Numbered from the stretch's first letter, positions 20,019 to 30,339 are shown. The stretch is 64,000 bases of DNA from an uncultured Methanoregulaceae archaeon (GCA_963705255.1 OY970061.1:1792001-1856000); one strand, 5' to 3'. A program made the numbers and translations. Notes: generated by a model not told the origin, from the letters alone.

Positions 20019-20099
20019 GCTCTGAACACTTTTTCCAGAACGTGAGGCGCAGCACGTCGGTGGCGGTGCACCGGGGATCGCGGATTCCCCGTTCAGAGC
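20019..20099 (+). promoter_or_regulatory. Candidate four-way-junction RNA in the infB 5' leader
   Basis: A 9-bp closing stem GCTCTGAAC/GTTCAGAGC encloses three adjacent hairpins. AT-rich TATA-like ATAATTAATA at 19981. Confidence 0.45.
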
Positions 20100-20120
20100 G
20101 GGAACGAGGGGTGGCAGGTT

Positions 20121-21899
20121 ATGGCGGAAAACCCGAAGATCAGGACACCGATTGTCTGTGTCATGGGTCATGTGGATCATGGCAAGACCTCGCTTCTCGA
20201 CCGCATCCGGGGATCGTCTGTCGTGAGTTCCGAAGTGGGGGCGATCACCCAGCATATCGGGGCAACGATCGTACCTATCGATGCTATCCGCACCATGAGC
20301 GGGACGATGGGCAAAGTCCCGATCAATATTCCCGGTCTGCTGTTCATCGACACCCCGGGACACCATGCATTCACCACCCTGAGGGCACGCGGCGGTGCAC
20401 TTGCCGATATGGCGATCCTTGTCGTGGATATAAACCAGGGATTCCAGCCACAGACGATTGAGGCCCTCCAGATCCTCAGGAACTGCCGCACGCCGTTTGT
20501 CATCGCGGCGACCAAGATTGACCGGATCCACGGCTGGCGTGTGAACGAGAACGAGTCGTTCCTCGGATCATTTGCAAAACAGAACGAGCGGGTCAGGAGC
20601 GATGTTGAGAACAAGACCTATGAAATCGTTGGAAAGCTTGCCGAACTCGAATTTTCTGCAGACCGGTTCGACAGGGTCACCGATTTCCAGCGCAACCTTG
20701 CCATTGTGCCGGTGAGCGCCCACACCGGCGAAGGCATTTCTGACCTGCTGCTGGTCATGATCGGACTTGCCCAGCGCTACATGGGCGACGAGCTCAAACT
20801 CTTTGTCGAAGGGCCCGGGGCCGGGACCGTGCTCGAGGTCAAAGAAGAGCGCGGCCTCGGGACGACCCTCGATGTGATCCTGTACGACGGAACTCTCGCT
20901 ATCGGGGACGAGATTGCCGTTGCCACCCAGAACGGTGTCGTGGTGACGAAGGTGAGGTCGCTCCTCAAACCACGGCCGATGAAGGAGATACTGGTCGAAG
21001 ACCGGTTCGAGCGGGTGAAATCGGTTGCGGCTGCGGCCGGGATCAAGGTCACCGCCCCGAACCTTGAAGGAGTCATCGCGGGATCCCCGTTTTTTGTCAT
21101 CCGCGGCAACCGCGAAGAGATCGAGGAGAAGATCAAAAAAGAGATGACCGAGATCCACGTGACCCTTGCCGATGAAGGCATCGTCATCAAGGCAGACACC
21201 ATCGGCGCACTTGAGGCACTCTGCAAGGAACTCGAGAGCAAGGAGATAGGCGTGATGCGGGCGGAAGTCGGGGCGGTCAGCAGGCACGACCTGATCGAGA
21301 CCGAGACCATCAAGAACCCGATGTACCGCGTGCTCCTCTCGTTCAACACTCCCGTCCTGCCGGACGCGGCCGATATGATCAAAAATCCGCTCTACACCCA
21401 GATGAAAGTCTTTGAGGGAAGGGTGATCTACCAGCTGATCGACCAGTATATCGCATGGCGTGACGAGCAGAAAAGGCTCCAGGAGAAACAGCGGTTCGAG
21501 CATGTTGTCATGCCAGCCAAGATCCGGCTCCTCCCGGACTGCGTATTCCGCCAGAGCAACCCGGCGGTCGTTGGCGTGCGGGTACTGGGCGGCAAACTGC
21601 GCAGCGACGTGGGGCTGATCAAGACCGATGGCAAAAAAGTAGGACACCTCAAGACCATGCAGCTCAGGCAGGAAGCGATACGGGAGGCCGACGCCGGTCT
21701 CGAAGTTGCAATCTCGATCGAGGGCGCCACAGTCGGCCGTCAGGTCAGTGTCGGCGATGACCTGTTCGTGGACATCCCGGAGCGCCATGTCAAAGTTCTC
21801 GAGAAGGAGATGCTTTCTACCCTGAACGTGAGTACGCAGGAGATTCTTGCGGAGTTTACGACGATGCGCCGGAAAGCCGATCCCTTCTGGGGCAAATAA
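20121..21899 (+). CDS. infB: Translation initiation factor aIF5B (IF-2)
   Basis: GHVDHGKTSLLD, ITQHIGA, FIDTPGH, GGALAD. Confidence 0.96.
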   Translation: MAENPKIRTPIVCVMGHVDHGKTSLLDRIRGSSVVSSEVGAITQHIGATIVPIDAIRTMSGTMGKVPINIPGLLFIDTPGHHAFTTLRARGGALADMAILVVDINQGFQPQTIEALQILRNCRTPFVIAATKIDRIHGWRVNENESFLGSFAKQNERVRSDVENKTYEIVGKLAELEFSADRFDRVTDFQRNLAIVPVSAHTGEGISDLLLVMIGLAQRYMGDELKLFVEGPGAGTVLEVKEERGLGTTLDVILYDGTLAIGDEIAVATQNGVVVTKVRSLLKPRPMKEILVEDRFERVKSVAAAAGIKVTAPNLEGVIAGSPFFVIRGNREEIEEKIKKEMTEIHVTLADEGIVIKADTIGALEALCKELESKEIGVMRAEVGAVSRHDLIETETIKNPMYRVLLSFNTPVLPDAADMIKNPLYTQMKVFEGRVIYQLIDQYIAWRDEQKRLQEKQRFEHVVMPAKIRLLPDCVFRQSNPAVVGVRVLGGKLRSDVGLIKTDGKKVGHLKTMQLRQEAIREADAGLEVAISIEGATVGRQVSVGDDLFVDIPERHVKVLEKEMLSTLNVSTQEILAEFTTMRRKADPFWGK

Positions 21900-22049
21900 G
21901 CGTATCCGGCCGGCAGGGAACGCGAGGGTTTAATAGCGTACCGGTATAATAAAATGGGTATTTCTCATGGGTAGGCGAATCTGCCGGCAGCCGGAGATGT
22001 GAAACAAGACCCTTCGGGTTTTCTGGATAAATAGACGGAGCAAACAGAA

Positions 22050-22481
22050 ATGGTGGAGTTTAAAATCGTTGTATCAGACCCCAAGACCGGTCGTGCCTTT
22101 AATGTTGATGCCAGTGGCGGAGCGGCAGGATCTATCGTGGGCAAACGTATCGGTGACGAATTCGATGCCGGCATGCTGGGCCTTGCAGGCTACAAGATCC
22201 TGATCACCGGTGCATCCGACCGTACCGGGACCACGGCAAAAAAAGGCCTTCCGGGTGCAGGGCGCAAGAAACTGCTTCTCTCCGGCGGGATCGGGTTTCA
22301 CCCGAAGATGGACGGCGAGCGACGGAGAAAGATGATCCGCTCAAATGAGATCACCCAGGACTTCGTGCAGATCAATGCACGCGTCACAGCATACGGTGAA
22401 AAGCCGCTGGACGAGCTCTTCCCGAATGTCGCCGGCGAGAAAAAAGCGGAGAAACCGGCAGCAAAAGCCGGTAAAAGATAA
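22050..22481 (+). CDS. rps6e: 30S ribosomal protein S6e
   Basis: FKIVVSDPKTG, GYKILITGASD, GERRRKMIR. Confidence 0.93.
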   Translation: MVEFKIVVSDPKTGRAFNVDASGGAAGSIVGKRIGDEFDAGMLGLAGYKILITGASDRTGTTAKKGLPGAGRKKLLLSGGIGFHPKMDGERRRKMIRSNEITQDFVQINARVTAYGEKPLDELFPNVAGEKKAEKPAAKAGKR

Positions 22482-23036
22482 AGGCAGATTGCCATTTTAC
22501 CTACCGATTCGTAAAGAGAATTAAAGGGCAAAATGGTAAAGATCGTACCGGAATGTGAGATAAAAAAAATATACCTGCTTTCTCATGGGAAAAGGAAGTG
22601 TTGCCGGTGCACCTATGAATGTACTCCGCACCGGCTTCCACTCTGTTTTACCAAAGATCAATGGAGAGAAATTATCCCCTGGTTTCTCCCGGAACAGAGC
22701 TTTCAGGACATCTCGTCCTGTACCGGTCCAGAACGGAAACGCATCCCAGGGCACTCACACCGGTTCGGACTGCTCTCACCAAAGAGGGATGGGCAGGGGT
22801 TGTTGATGTTGAAACCCTTCAATCTCTTGTCTCACGGAAAGCATCTACAGGTTTAGTCGTTAAACAGGGATTATACCTGAGATCAGGTTCGGAGCGGGTT
22901 CAAAAAAGGGTATGGAGTGGCCGGTCAGGATGCTTTCGTGATCGTTTGGGTCATCACTGCCATGGTAATGGCAGCAGTGATGCGATAGTTCCATTACCAC
23001 TCTAAACTGTTCCCGTTGCACCGGTCGCCGTGTCCC

Positions 23037-23567
23037 TCAACGGGTCTGCGCAGGTTGGGCGACACCCGTTGTGGCGTCCGCTGACAGTGTCACCGTACCA
23101 TAACTGGTACTGACGCTTCCCTGCGTAAGCAGCTTGCCGCCCTTGTAGATCTCGACGGTCAGGGCATGTTTTGTCGAACTGTCCAGTTTCTGGAAACTTG
23201 CCTGGATACTTCCGTTTGCATTCACTATCTCAAAGTACCTGTCACCGGAACTCTGTACGGTCTGCAGATCCGACGGCATTCCGTAGGTCCCTTTAAATCC
23301 GCCAATATAGCTGACATGTACCTGGACACCGGTTGCGGGCGCGGCCTGCGTGGTTGTCTCGACAACAACGATAGTCGGGGCCGCCGACCCTGCAGAAGTT
23401 GTCGGAACAGGAGATACGGTACTGCTCCCGGAACCTGCTGCCTGCCCGGATGACCCTCCGTTTCCCCAGAAAAATACGAGTGCAACAGCCACAACCACAA
23501 TAATACCCACGATCGTGGCAATAGTTACCCAGGGTTTATCGAAAATATCATTTTTCCTCTTTCTCAT
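23037..23567 (-). CDS. Hypothetical membrane-anchored protein
   Basis: N-terminal TM helix, Ser/Thr linker, beta-rich domain. Confidence 0.65.
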   Translation of the reverse strand: MRKRKNDIFDKPWVTIATIVGIIVVVAVALVFFWGNGGSSGQAAGSGSSTVSPVPTTSAGSAAPTIVVVETTTQAAPATGVQVHVSYIGGFKGTYGMPSDLQTVQSSGDRYFEIVNANGSIQASFQKLDSSTKHALTVEIYKGGKLLTQGSVSTSYGTVTLSADATTGVAQPAQTR

Positions 23568-23680
23568 GGTTTCCGTCTCCGGATTCGGTTTATGAAAGAT
23601 AGTGAATCAATCAGCAAAAAACTTTGGGCACCATGCCGGTCCAGGTTTATGCCGGCAGGTATACCGGAACACAACTCAGC

Positions 23681-24142
23681 CTATCCTTTTTTTATCATCT
23701 GCCTGAGCGGTTCCAGGAGGTCTTCAAAGGGTACATCGTATTTTTTGGCGAGCAGGACGAGTGCTGCCGGCGGGAGGAGGTTGCCATCATATCCGTCTTT
23801 GATGATCCGGTTCATCTCTGCGACAACAGCGGTCTCCTCCATCTTTGCGGAGCGGGTAATCCGGATAACGAGTTCCTGCACCGGATCATTGCGCTCGAAT
23901 ATGGCAGATGTCGGCTTGAACCCGATCGGGATAATAACCTCCGATATATCAAACCGGGGGGTATACAGGCCGTTCTCCTGGCCGATCAGCCCTTCCTCCT
24001 CAGCCCGGCGGAGGAGGAGGTTCGCCTGTTCGGTGCTCATCCATTTACGGTCAAGGGCATAGTAATAGACGATCTCATTTTTCCGCATCCCGTTCTTGCG
24101 CGTGTGCCGGAACGGAGCCGCAACGGTGAGCCTGAGGGTCAT
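23681..24142 (-). CDS. DUF2240 family protein
   Basis: LRLTVAAPF, LDRKWMSTEQA, IPIGFKP. Confidence 0.8.
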   Translation of the reverse strand: MTLRLTVAAPFRHTRKNGMRKNEIVYYYALDRKWMSTEQANLLLRRAEEEGLIGQENGLYTPRFDISEVIIPIGFKPTSAIFERNDPVQELVIRITRSAKMEETAVVAEMNRIIKDGYDGNLLPPAALVLLAKKYDVPFEDLLEPLRQMIKKG

Positions 24143-24561
24143 TTCTGGGCACCCAGGAGGATATTTTTCATATCCAGTGCATCCAACCCTTCACCGCGCC
24201 CTTCCTTTGCAATATCGATATCGGTACGGGAGACCTGGTCGGTGAGGCGGAGATAAAAAATATCATTCGCAATCGGGACCTTGCCGCCACCGCGCAGGGC
24301 GAGCGCGAGAACGGATACCCGCAGGTCGGCGGCTTCGGTGATAACCCCGGGCCGCAGGGCATCCGGGGTTATTTCGCCGAATGTCGCACGATCAACTGCT
24401 ATCTCAACTTTTGTCTTTACCTTGACCAGCTCTTTTCCGGTGGTTTTTGTAGATTCCTCGTTGTTCAGGCCGGCGATATATTTCAGGGTCTCGTTAAACG
24501 GCATTCCCATCGCAAACGAGAGATCCACTCTCTGAGGGAAACGATAATAGATCCTTCGCAT
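24139..24561 (-). CDS. Hypothetical protein
   Basis: ORF coupled to the DUF2240 gene by an ATGA overlap. Confidence 0.65.
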   Translation of the reverse strand: MRRIYYRFPQRVDLSFAMGMPFNETLKYIAGLNNEESTKTTGKELVKVKTKVEIAVDRATFGEITPDALRPGVITEAADLRVSVLALALRGGGKVPIANDIFYLRLTDQVSRTDIDIAKEGRGEGLDALDMKNILLGAQK

Positions 24562-24804
24562 AGCTAGACTTTGAACATCTGAAAGAAAAAAGATTGCTGA
24601 ACCGTGCGAAAGACTGCACCTGTCAAACGGGTTTCAGAAGCAAGAGGAAATTGCGGGATTCCAAAAAGCCCTTCCAGATAAAAGAAATGAAAGAGGTATA
24701 GTCCCATTCTAGCGACTATTTTTTATGAATGGGACATTACATAATTTTCTTTGTGAACGCTCTTGGGGGCTTCGGCATGTTGAATCTCTAAGAGATGAGA
24801 CATG

Positions 24805-24925
24805 AGAAGAACCCGAAGAATTCAAATAAATTCTTCGGCTCTTCGAGGTTCTGATGAACCGCTCAGAACCCGCAGGGTTCTTCGAACAATGGTTCCTCAG
24901 TTCAAGATTTTCCCATGAAAATCTT
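24805..24925. repeat. Hairpin array (REP-like element family, copy B)
   Basis: CCGAAGAATT..AATTCTTCGG, GGTTC-TGAT-GAACC, AGAACCC-GCA-GGGTTCTTCGA, AAGATTTTC-CCAT-GAAAATCTT. Confidence 0.6.
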
Positions 24926-24939
24926 CTCCACAGCCTTCG

Positions 24940-25090
24940 GCTCCACCCTCGCCCCGGGCAGCCTCCACAATGCGATAATACTTCAGAAAGTACGTGGGAA
25001 GCGATCGAAGAAATACGCTGACAGGTAATACAGAGCAATCGCAAGCGCAGGGGTGGGTCGAGGGAGGGGACAGGCACTGTCCCCTCCTTG
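24940..25090. repeat. GC-rich dyad element (MITE/REP-like)
   Basis: CCACCC/GGGTGG and TGCGAT/ATCGCA dyads; 11-bp hairpin GGAGGGGACAG-GCA-CTGTCCCCTCC at 25063-25087. Confidence 0.45.
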
Positions 25091-25255
25091 ATTATTGATC
25101 GATTTTAACCTTTATGATTCATCTGAAAATTGAACTTTTTTCAAGTTGAACATAAGAACGGTTAATCAGGTAATTTTCCGTCGTTAACACAGAGCAATGA
25201 TGGTGGTCAAAATGGTACTATTCTTATGGAAAAAAGAGTTTTGATATCGTATCGG

Positions 25256-25633
25256 TTATTCGAGTAACAACGCGTTGATGATACCGTCCTGGCCCGGGCG
25301 GCTCATGATGCGGGCGCGTCCGATCTCGGTCTTGATAATCGCACCCTTGGTAAGGAGGTTCCGGCGCACGTAGTTCGGGTTTGCCCCGTTCTCCTCAACC
25401 TTCTCGATCTTCACCTTTCTCGTCTCGCCGTTTGCCGGGTTGGTAACATTTGCAAAACTCGCACGCAGGGCACGCACCTTGTCGTTCCCGCCGAAAGTAC
25501 GGATGATCCGTCTCCGGTCCTCGCCGATATGGGTGTCTGCCGGTGCAAGCCCGATCTCTGCTCTCCGCTTCATCTGTGCCGGGCGGCGCCTGCCACCGGT
25601 TACCTTTCGTATTGATTCTCCCTGCCACTGCAT
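25256..25633 (-). CDS. rps8e: 30S ribosomal protein S8e
   Basis: RKVTGGR, RTFGGN, YVRRNLLTKGAII, SRPGQDG. Confidence 0.95.
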   Translation of the reverse strand: MQWQGESIRKVTGGRRRPAQMKRRAEIGLAPADTHIGEDRRRIIRTFGGNDKVRALRASFANVTNPANGETRKVKIEKVEENGANPNYVRRNLLTKGAIIKTEIGRARIMSRPGQDGIINALLLE

Positions 25634-25746
25634 GGTGTCACTCTCTTTCCGGTCTCCGGGAGTCCTGCCCCGAAGGTGGTGCTCTATATATTCTCTTCTG
25701 AATTATTTATAGTACTTCCTTTTCCCCGTGCGGTGGGCGGGTCATT

Positions 25747-26394
25747 TCAGGACAGGATGGCATCAAGGAGCGGGGCAACACCGTCTCCGGTCTTGAGGTT
25801 TGTCCTGAACACCGGCATCTGCGGGTTGTACCGGCGGATGTCCGACTCCATGCGGTCAAGGTTTGCCCCGACAAGCGGCGCAAGGTCGACCTTGTTTATC
25901 ACGCCGATCGTACAGTCGCGGAACATCATCGGGTGCTTGTTCACCACGTCGTCACCTTCCGTCGAGCTCACGACAACGATACGCTTCTCGGCCCCGAGCC
26001 GGAAGTCCGTGGGGCAGACCATGTTGCCCACGTTCTCGATAAAGAGGATATCGATGGTATCGAGCGGGAGGTGATCGATTGCATGCTCCACCAGGTGGGC
26101 ATCGAGATGGCACTCCTTGCCGGTATTTGCATTATAGGCCGGGATCCCGAGCGCGATGATCCGTTTGAAGTCATCGTCGCCGTACACGTCACCGGCGATC
26201 GCACCTGCTTTCAGACCTTTTTTCCCGAGCAGCGGAACGATCCGTTCGATAAGGGCGGTCTTGCCTGACCCGATCGCTCCCAGCAGGTCGAACGCCCGCA
26301 CCCCATGGGTCTTCAGGTGGTTCGCATTTTCGTCAGCAAGGGTGTTGTTGGCGTCGTAGACATCCTTCTCAATCCTGACGTCGATATGATGCAT
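25747..26394 (-). CDS. hypB: Hydrogenase nickel incorporation GTPase HypB
   Basis: GSGKTALIE, TGKECHLDA, ENVGNMVCP, NKVDL. Confidence 0.95.
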   Translation of the reverse strand: MHHIDVRIEKDVYDANNTLADENANHLKTHGVRAFDLLGAIGSGKTALIERIVPLLGKKGLKAGAIAGDVYGDDDFKRIIALGIPAYNANTGKECHLDAHLVEHAIDHLPLDTIDILFIENVGNMVCPTDFRLGAEKRIVVVSSTEGDDVVNKHPMMFRDCTIGVINKVDLAPLVGANLDRMESDIRRYNPQMPVFRTNLKTGDGVAPLLDAILS

Positions 26395-26448
26395 GGTATA
26401 ACGTGGGAGCGTACACTGTTTATACCTTGACCCACAAACGATCCTGCA

Positions 26449-26723
26449 ATGACAAAAGGTGAGTACACATTATATCCCTGCTACTTCAATGCCGCATATT
26501 CACGCGGGGAAGGCAGGAGAGTCCCGCGCAGCCTCGGGGTGAAAGGTCCGGTGCTCACTGACCTTGAGCGCGCCCTCAGGCGGGCCGGGGTGAATTTCAG
26601 GGTGGATGACCACCACCACCCGGCCCACTGGGCCCGGAGGGAGGCCGCGTCATCGCGGAATGGGGCGAGAGCAAAGAGCGGCTGATCCGGAAAGTTGCCC
26701 AGAAGATGGAGGTACGGAAATGA
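26449..26723 (+). CDS. srp19: Signal recognition particle protein Srp19, frameshifted near 26643
   Basis: LYPCYFNAAYSRGEGRRVP...HP. Adding one G gives EGRVIAEWGESKERLIRKVAQKMEVRK*. Confidence 0.85.
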
Positions 26724-27372
26724 GCGGCATGTATGACCTCCATACGCACTCGATCCTCTCGGATGGCGAGATGCTGCCGATCGAGCTGATCCGCAGGATG
26801 GCGGTATCGGGTTATACGACCGTCGCAATCACGGACCATGTGGATACCTCAAATACCACCTCCGTGATATCGACGCTCAAGCGAGTGCAGGCATCGGCTG
26901 AGCTTTTCGGGGTCAGGCTTCTCTGCGGCGTAGAGATCACGCATGTCCCCCCTTCACTGATCGCGGACCTCGCACAAGAGGCAAAAGATGCAGGTGCGGA
27001 CATCGTCGTTGTGCATGGCGAGACCCCGGTGGAACCGGTTGCCCCGGGACCAACCGGGCTGCCTGCTCATGCAGATACGTGAATGTGCTCGCCCACCCGG
27101 GTCTTATCACTCCCGAAGATGCCCGGCTCGCTGCAAAAAACCGTGTCGCGCTGGAGATCACATCCCGTGGCGGGCACAACCGGACAAACGGCCATGTGGC
27201 AATGGTTGCACGGGAAACAGGCTGCCAGCTCGTCATTGACTCGGACGCGCATGCTCCGGGGGATATTCTTGACCGGCGCGCGAAATTTATTGTTGCCCGA
27301 GGGGCCGGACTGAACGAGGGCGAGTCTACGCAGGTAATATCTTTAAATATCGACCAAATCCTCAGTTCCTGA
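26720..27372 (+). CDS. PHP-domain (histidinol-phosphatase-like) protein, frameshifted near 27047
   Basis: DLHTHS, AITDH, GVEITH, VHGET, LAHPG, DSDAH. One G is missing in CCGGGACC. Confidence 0.85.
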
Positions 27373-27473
27373 AATTTCTATTTATACTTTCACGCAATTT
27401 TTAAATACCCTCGCGTCAAACATATATAGATTACCAAATTATTCCAGCCATTGTATCCTTGAGGTTCTTTAGC

Positions 27474-27698
27474 ATGAAGGTTGTTGGTCGAGCGATGAGC
27501 ACCGTTGGCGATCGGATGCTCATCATCCAGTGCGATGCCGCCCAGCTCCCCCCGCTCTACAGTGAGCTCATCGACCGGAAGATGAAACCGGTCGGAAAGA
27601 TCCTCGACCTCTTCGGAAATGTGAAAGCGCCGTATGCAGCAGTCCTCTGCCGTGAAAAATGCACCGTCCAGCCCAACGAAAAACTCTTTGCAAAGTAG
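27474..27698 (+). CDS. gar1: H/ACA RNP protein Gar1/Naf1
   Basis: VGKILDLFGNVKAPY; conserved position upstream of tfb. Confidence 0.8.
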   Translation: MKVVGRAMSTVGDRMLIIQCDAAQLPPLYSELIDRKMKPVGKILDLFGNVKAPYAAVLCREKCTVQPNEKLFAK

Positions 27699-27758
27699 GG
27701 AAACGACATGGGATAGCCGGTCAGAACGTTATCAGATCAACCCATGAAAATCAGGTGA

Positions 27759-28769
27759 ATGTGGATGCAGGAAGTAGAGAAATTAAAAGTCCTCCAGTCT
27801 GAAAGAGAGGCACTTAAATCACGCACAAAGCAGAAAGAGCACGAGAAAAAAGCCGAAAACCATACGGAGACCGTCTGTCCCGAGTGTGGCGGCAGGCAGC
27901 TCGTGCATGACTATGAGCGGGCCGAGCTTGTCTGCCAGAGCTGCGGTCTGGTCATTGACGATGACTTTATCGACCGGGGGCCCGAGTGGCGTGCATTCGA
28001 CCACGACCAGCGCATGAAGAGGTCCCGCGTCGGCGCACCGATGACCTTCACGATCCATGACAAGGGTCTCTCTACCATGATCGACTGGCGCAACCGGGAC
28101 TCATACGGCCGGGCCATCTCCTCCAAGAACCGGGCGCAGTTATACCGTCTCCGCAAGTGGCAGCGCCGCATCCGCGTGAGCAATGCGACCGAGCGGAACC
28201 TCGCGTTCGCGCTGTCGGAACTCGACCGCATGGCCTCCGCACTCGGTCTCCCGAGAAATGTCCGGGAAACCGCAGCAGTCGTGTACCGTGATGCTGTCGA
28301 CAAGAACCTGATCCGCGGGCGGAGCATCGAAGGTGTCGCAGCAGCGGCCCTCTATGCGGCCTGCCGCCAGTGCAGCGTCCCCCGTACCCTTGACGAGATC
28401 GCAGAAGTATCACGGGTCTCCCGGAAAGAGATCGGCAGGACCTACCGGTTCATCTCCCGTGAACTGGGCTTGAAGCTCCTCCCGACATCGCCCATCGATT
28501 ATGTGCCGAGGTTCTGCTCCGGCCTGACCCTCAAGGGCGAAGTCCAGAGCCGTGCCGTGGAGATCCTCCGCCAGGCCGGCGAGCGTGAACTGACCAGTGG
28601 CAGGGGTCCGACCGGTGTCGCGGCCGCTGCAATTTATATCTCTTCAATCCTTGGCGGGGAGCGCCGCACCCAGCGGGAAGTGGCTGAAGTGGCCGGGGTT
28701 ACCGAAGTAACCATCAGGAACCGGTACAAGGAGCTGGCGGAAAAGCTGGATATCGAGATTATCCTCTGA
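27759..28769 (+). CDS. tfb: Transcription initiation factor IIB
   Basis: CPECG zinc ribbon, GPEWRAF, two cyclin repeats, [13 protein letters not shown]. Confidence 0.97.
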   Translation: MWMQEVEKLKVLQSEREALKSRTKQKEHEKKAENHTETVCPECGGRQLVHDYERAELVCQSCGLVIDDDFIDRGPEWRAFDHDQRMKRSRVGAPMTFTIHDKGLSTMIDWRNRDSYGRAISSKNRAQLYRLRKWQRRIRVSNATERNLAFALSELDRMASALGLPRNVRETAAVVYRDAVDKNLIRGRSIEGVAAAALYAACRQCSVPRTLDEIAEVSRVSRKEIGRTYRFISRELGLKLLPTSPIDYVPRFCSGLTLKGEVQSRAVEILRQAGERELTSGRGPTGVAAAAIYISSILGGERRTQREVAEVAGVTEVTIRNRYKELAEKLDIEIIL

Positions 28770-28976
28770 TATTCTGACCTTTTTTATCTGTTTTGATGAC
28801 ATGGATATTTCTACCAGCGTGTCTCCGACAGGTTTGCACAAGGATGATTTCTCAATAGAACCCATTTCAACCAGAGTAACGCTCTCTCTTACCTGTCAAA
28901 CGGATCATTCCCGGGTGCACCCGGACACCAACAACTATATTCCTGCGGCTCAAAACCTATAATCCACACCAGCAGC

Positions 28977-29048
28977 GGGCTCGTAGATCAGGGGTAGATC
29001 GTTACGTTCGCAACGTAAAGGCCGCGGGTTCAAATCCCGCCGGGTCCA
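28977..29048 (+). tRNA. tRNA-Ala(CGC)
   Basis: GGGCTCG...TTACG-TT-CGC-AA-CGTAA...GGTTCAAATCC...CGGGTCC-A. Confidence 0.95.
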
Positions 29049-29081
29049 TATAACGCCTTTTAAGATTTTTAAGAGGGAGAA

Positions 29082-29267
29082 TTATTTCTTCTGCAGGATC
29101 TCCTGCACTTCGCTTTCCAGCGTCGACTTCAGCCGCTCAACCGCTTCGTTGAGGTCATTCGTGGTAGTAACCGTGAACGAGTTATCACTCTTGGGGTCAT
29201 GATAGTTGACAGTGTATTCGATCTGTCCGTCTTTTGTCTTCCTGGGTTCGATGATCAGTTTTGCCAT
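29082..29267 (-). CDS. Small hypothetical protein
   Basis: 61-aa ORF with an AGGAG RBS and normal composition. Confidence 0.65.
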   Translation of the reverse strand: MAKLIIEPRKTKDGQIEYTVNYHDPKSDNSFTVTTTNDLNEAVERLKSTLESEVQEILQKK

Positions 29268-29464
29268 GAAAACTCCTTTCCGGATCGATTGCCCGGAGTA
29301 TTGTTCTAGTATATCTCCCGGTTCACAAAATGGTTATCTGTTCCGGCAAAAACTGCCCTGAATCAAAAGAAAACGGGGAATGAGTTCCCAAAAAATCCCC
29401 TCGTGATCAGTAACAACTATAAGGAATCCGCAGAAAAATAGTATGCCACAGATCTAACGGTAAA

Positions 29465-29536
29465 GGGCTCGTAGATCAGGGGTAGATCGTCACGTTTGCA
29501 ACGTGAAGGCCACGGGTTCAAATCCCGTCGAGTCCA
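29465..29536 (+). tRNA. tRNA-Ala(TGC)
   Basis: GGGCTCG...TCACG-TT-TGC-AA-CGTGA...GGTTCAAATCC...CGAGTCC-A. Confidence 0.95.
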
Positions 29537-29555
29537 TTCTTATTTTCTGTCATGT

Positions 29556-29655
29556 TCTCGAAGACCGTGAGGTCTTGTCGGGTTCGAAGGGCCGGATCCG
29601 AAGGGATCTTCAGGACCCCGGGGATGAGAAGAACTCATCAGAGTTCTTCGAGCCC
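29556..29655. repeat. Hairpin array (REP-like element family, copy C; inverted relative to copy A)
   Basis: AAGACC-GTGA-GGTCTT, GATCC-GAAG-GGATC, CCCCGGGG, GAAGAACTC-ATCA-GAGTTCTTCGA. Confidence 0.75.
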
Positions 29656-29666
29656 TCGCGTTGGGA

Positions 29667-29690
29667 CGGGTTCAAATCCCGCCGGGTTCA
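29667..29690 (+). repeat. Duplicated 3' end (T-arm plus acceptor strand) of tRNA-Ala; att-like direct repeat
   Basis: CGGGTTCAAATCCCGCCGGGTTCA is 23/24 identical to 29025-29048. Confidence 0.8.
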
Positions 29691-29892
29691 TCCTTCTGGT
29701 ATCTTTTGTCCGGGACCGCAAGGTCTGGCTGTAAAGGGGATCTCCGGCACCCGGTACCGGAAAGTTAAAACATGCCTTTGCTCCTGATAAGTCTCTGTGC
29801 AGAGGGATGCTGCAAGGGCTGATCCGGGAGGGTCGAATCTTTGGAGCGTTTGTACGGAGGGCGTCACAGGGGTACACGCAATCCGGAAAAAA

Positions 29893-30339
29893 TCAGTCGA
29901 TCCATTCAAGCAGCTGGTGCGGTTTTTCTTCAGCACTCTTCCGGATGAGTTTCTGTTTCACTTTTTTTACCGCTTCATCAGCAGGGGAGGGGGGCCGCTC
30001 GAACTGCCCGTAGTCCATGTAATCGCGGGTGATCCAGTCATCGCCACCGACAGTAATCTCATGGGCAGTTGATTCCGGCCCGCTGACCGGGTCGGGATTT
30101 GCCTGCTGGTCTCCCGTCCGCAGGACATCATGGACCATTACCGCAGGTATACCCTGGTCCTGATGCGTTTCCAGTGCGGTCATCACCGGAGGAGGTGGAG
30201 TGAGAACAGGGGGTGCAGCCGGGGGGACGTCCCGGACCGGCAGCGGACCTGACCGTGAAAGAAGAAAATCCACAAAGTCCTCCACCTCTTTACGGTCGTC
30301 GGGTGACAGCTGGCCGAGTTTGCTTTCCAGTGAGTTCAT
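29893..30339 (-). CDS. Hypothetical protein (DUF2281-like N-terminus)
   Basis: LSPDDRKEVEDFVDFLL followed by a Pro-rich linker. Confidence 0.65.
   Translation of the reverse strand: MNSLESKLGQLSPDDRKEVEDFVDFLLSRSGPLPVRDVPPAAPPVLTPPPPVMTALETHQDQGIPAVMVHDVLRTGDQQANPDPVSGPESTAHEITVGGDDWITRDYMDYGQFERPPSPADEAVKKVKQKLIRKSAEEKPHQLLEWID

Noticed and set aside
22521-23036. Short ORFs between rps6e and the membrane-anchored gene; possible broken Thr-rich tail of 23037-23567
   Set aside because: No recognisable motif, and several lesions would be needed to join the fragments.
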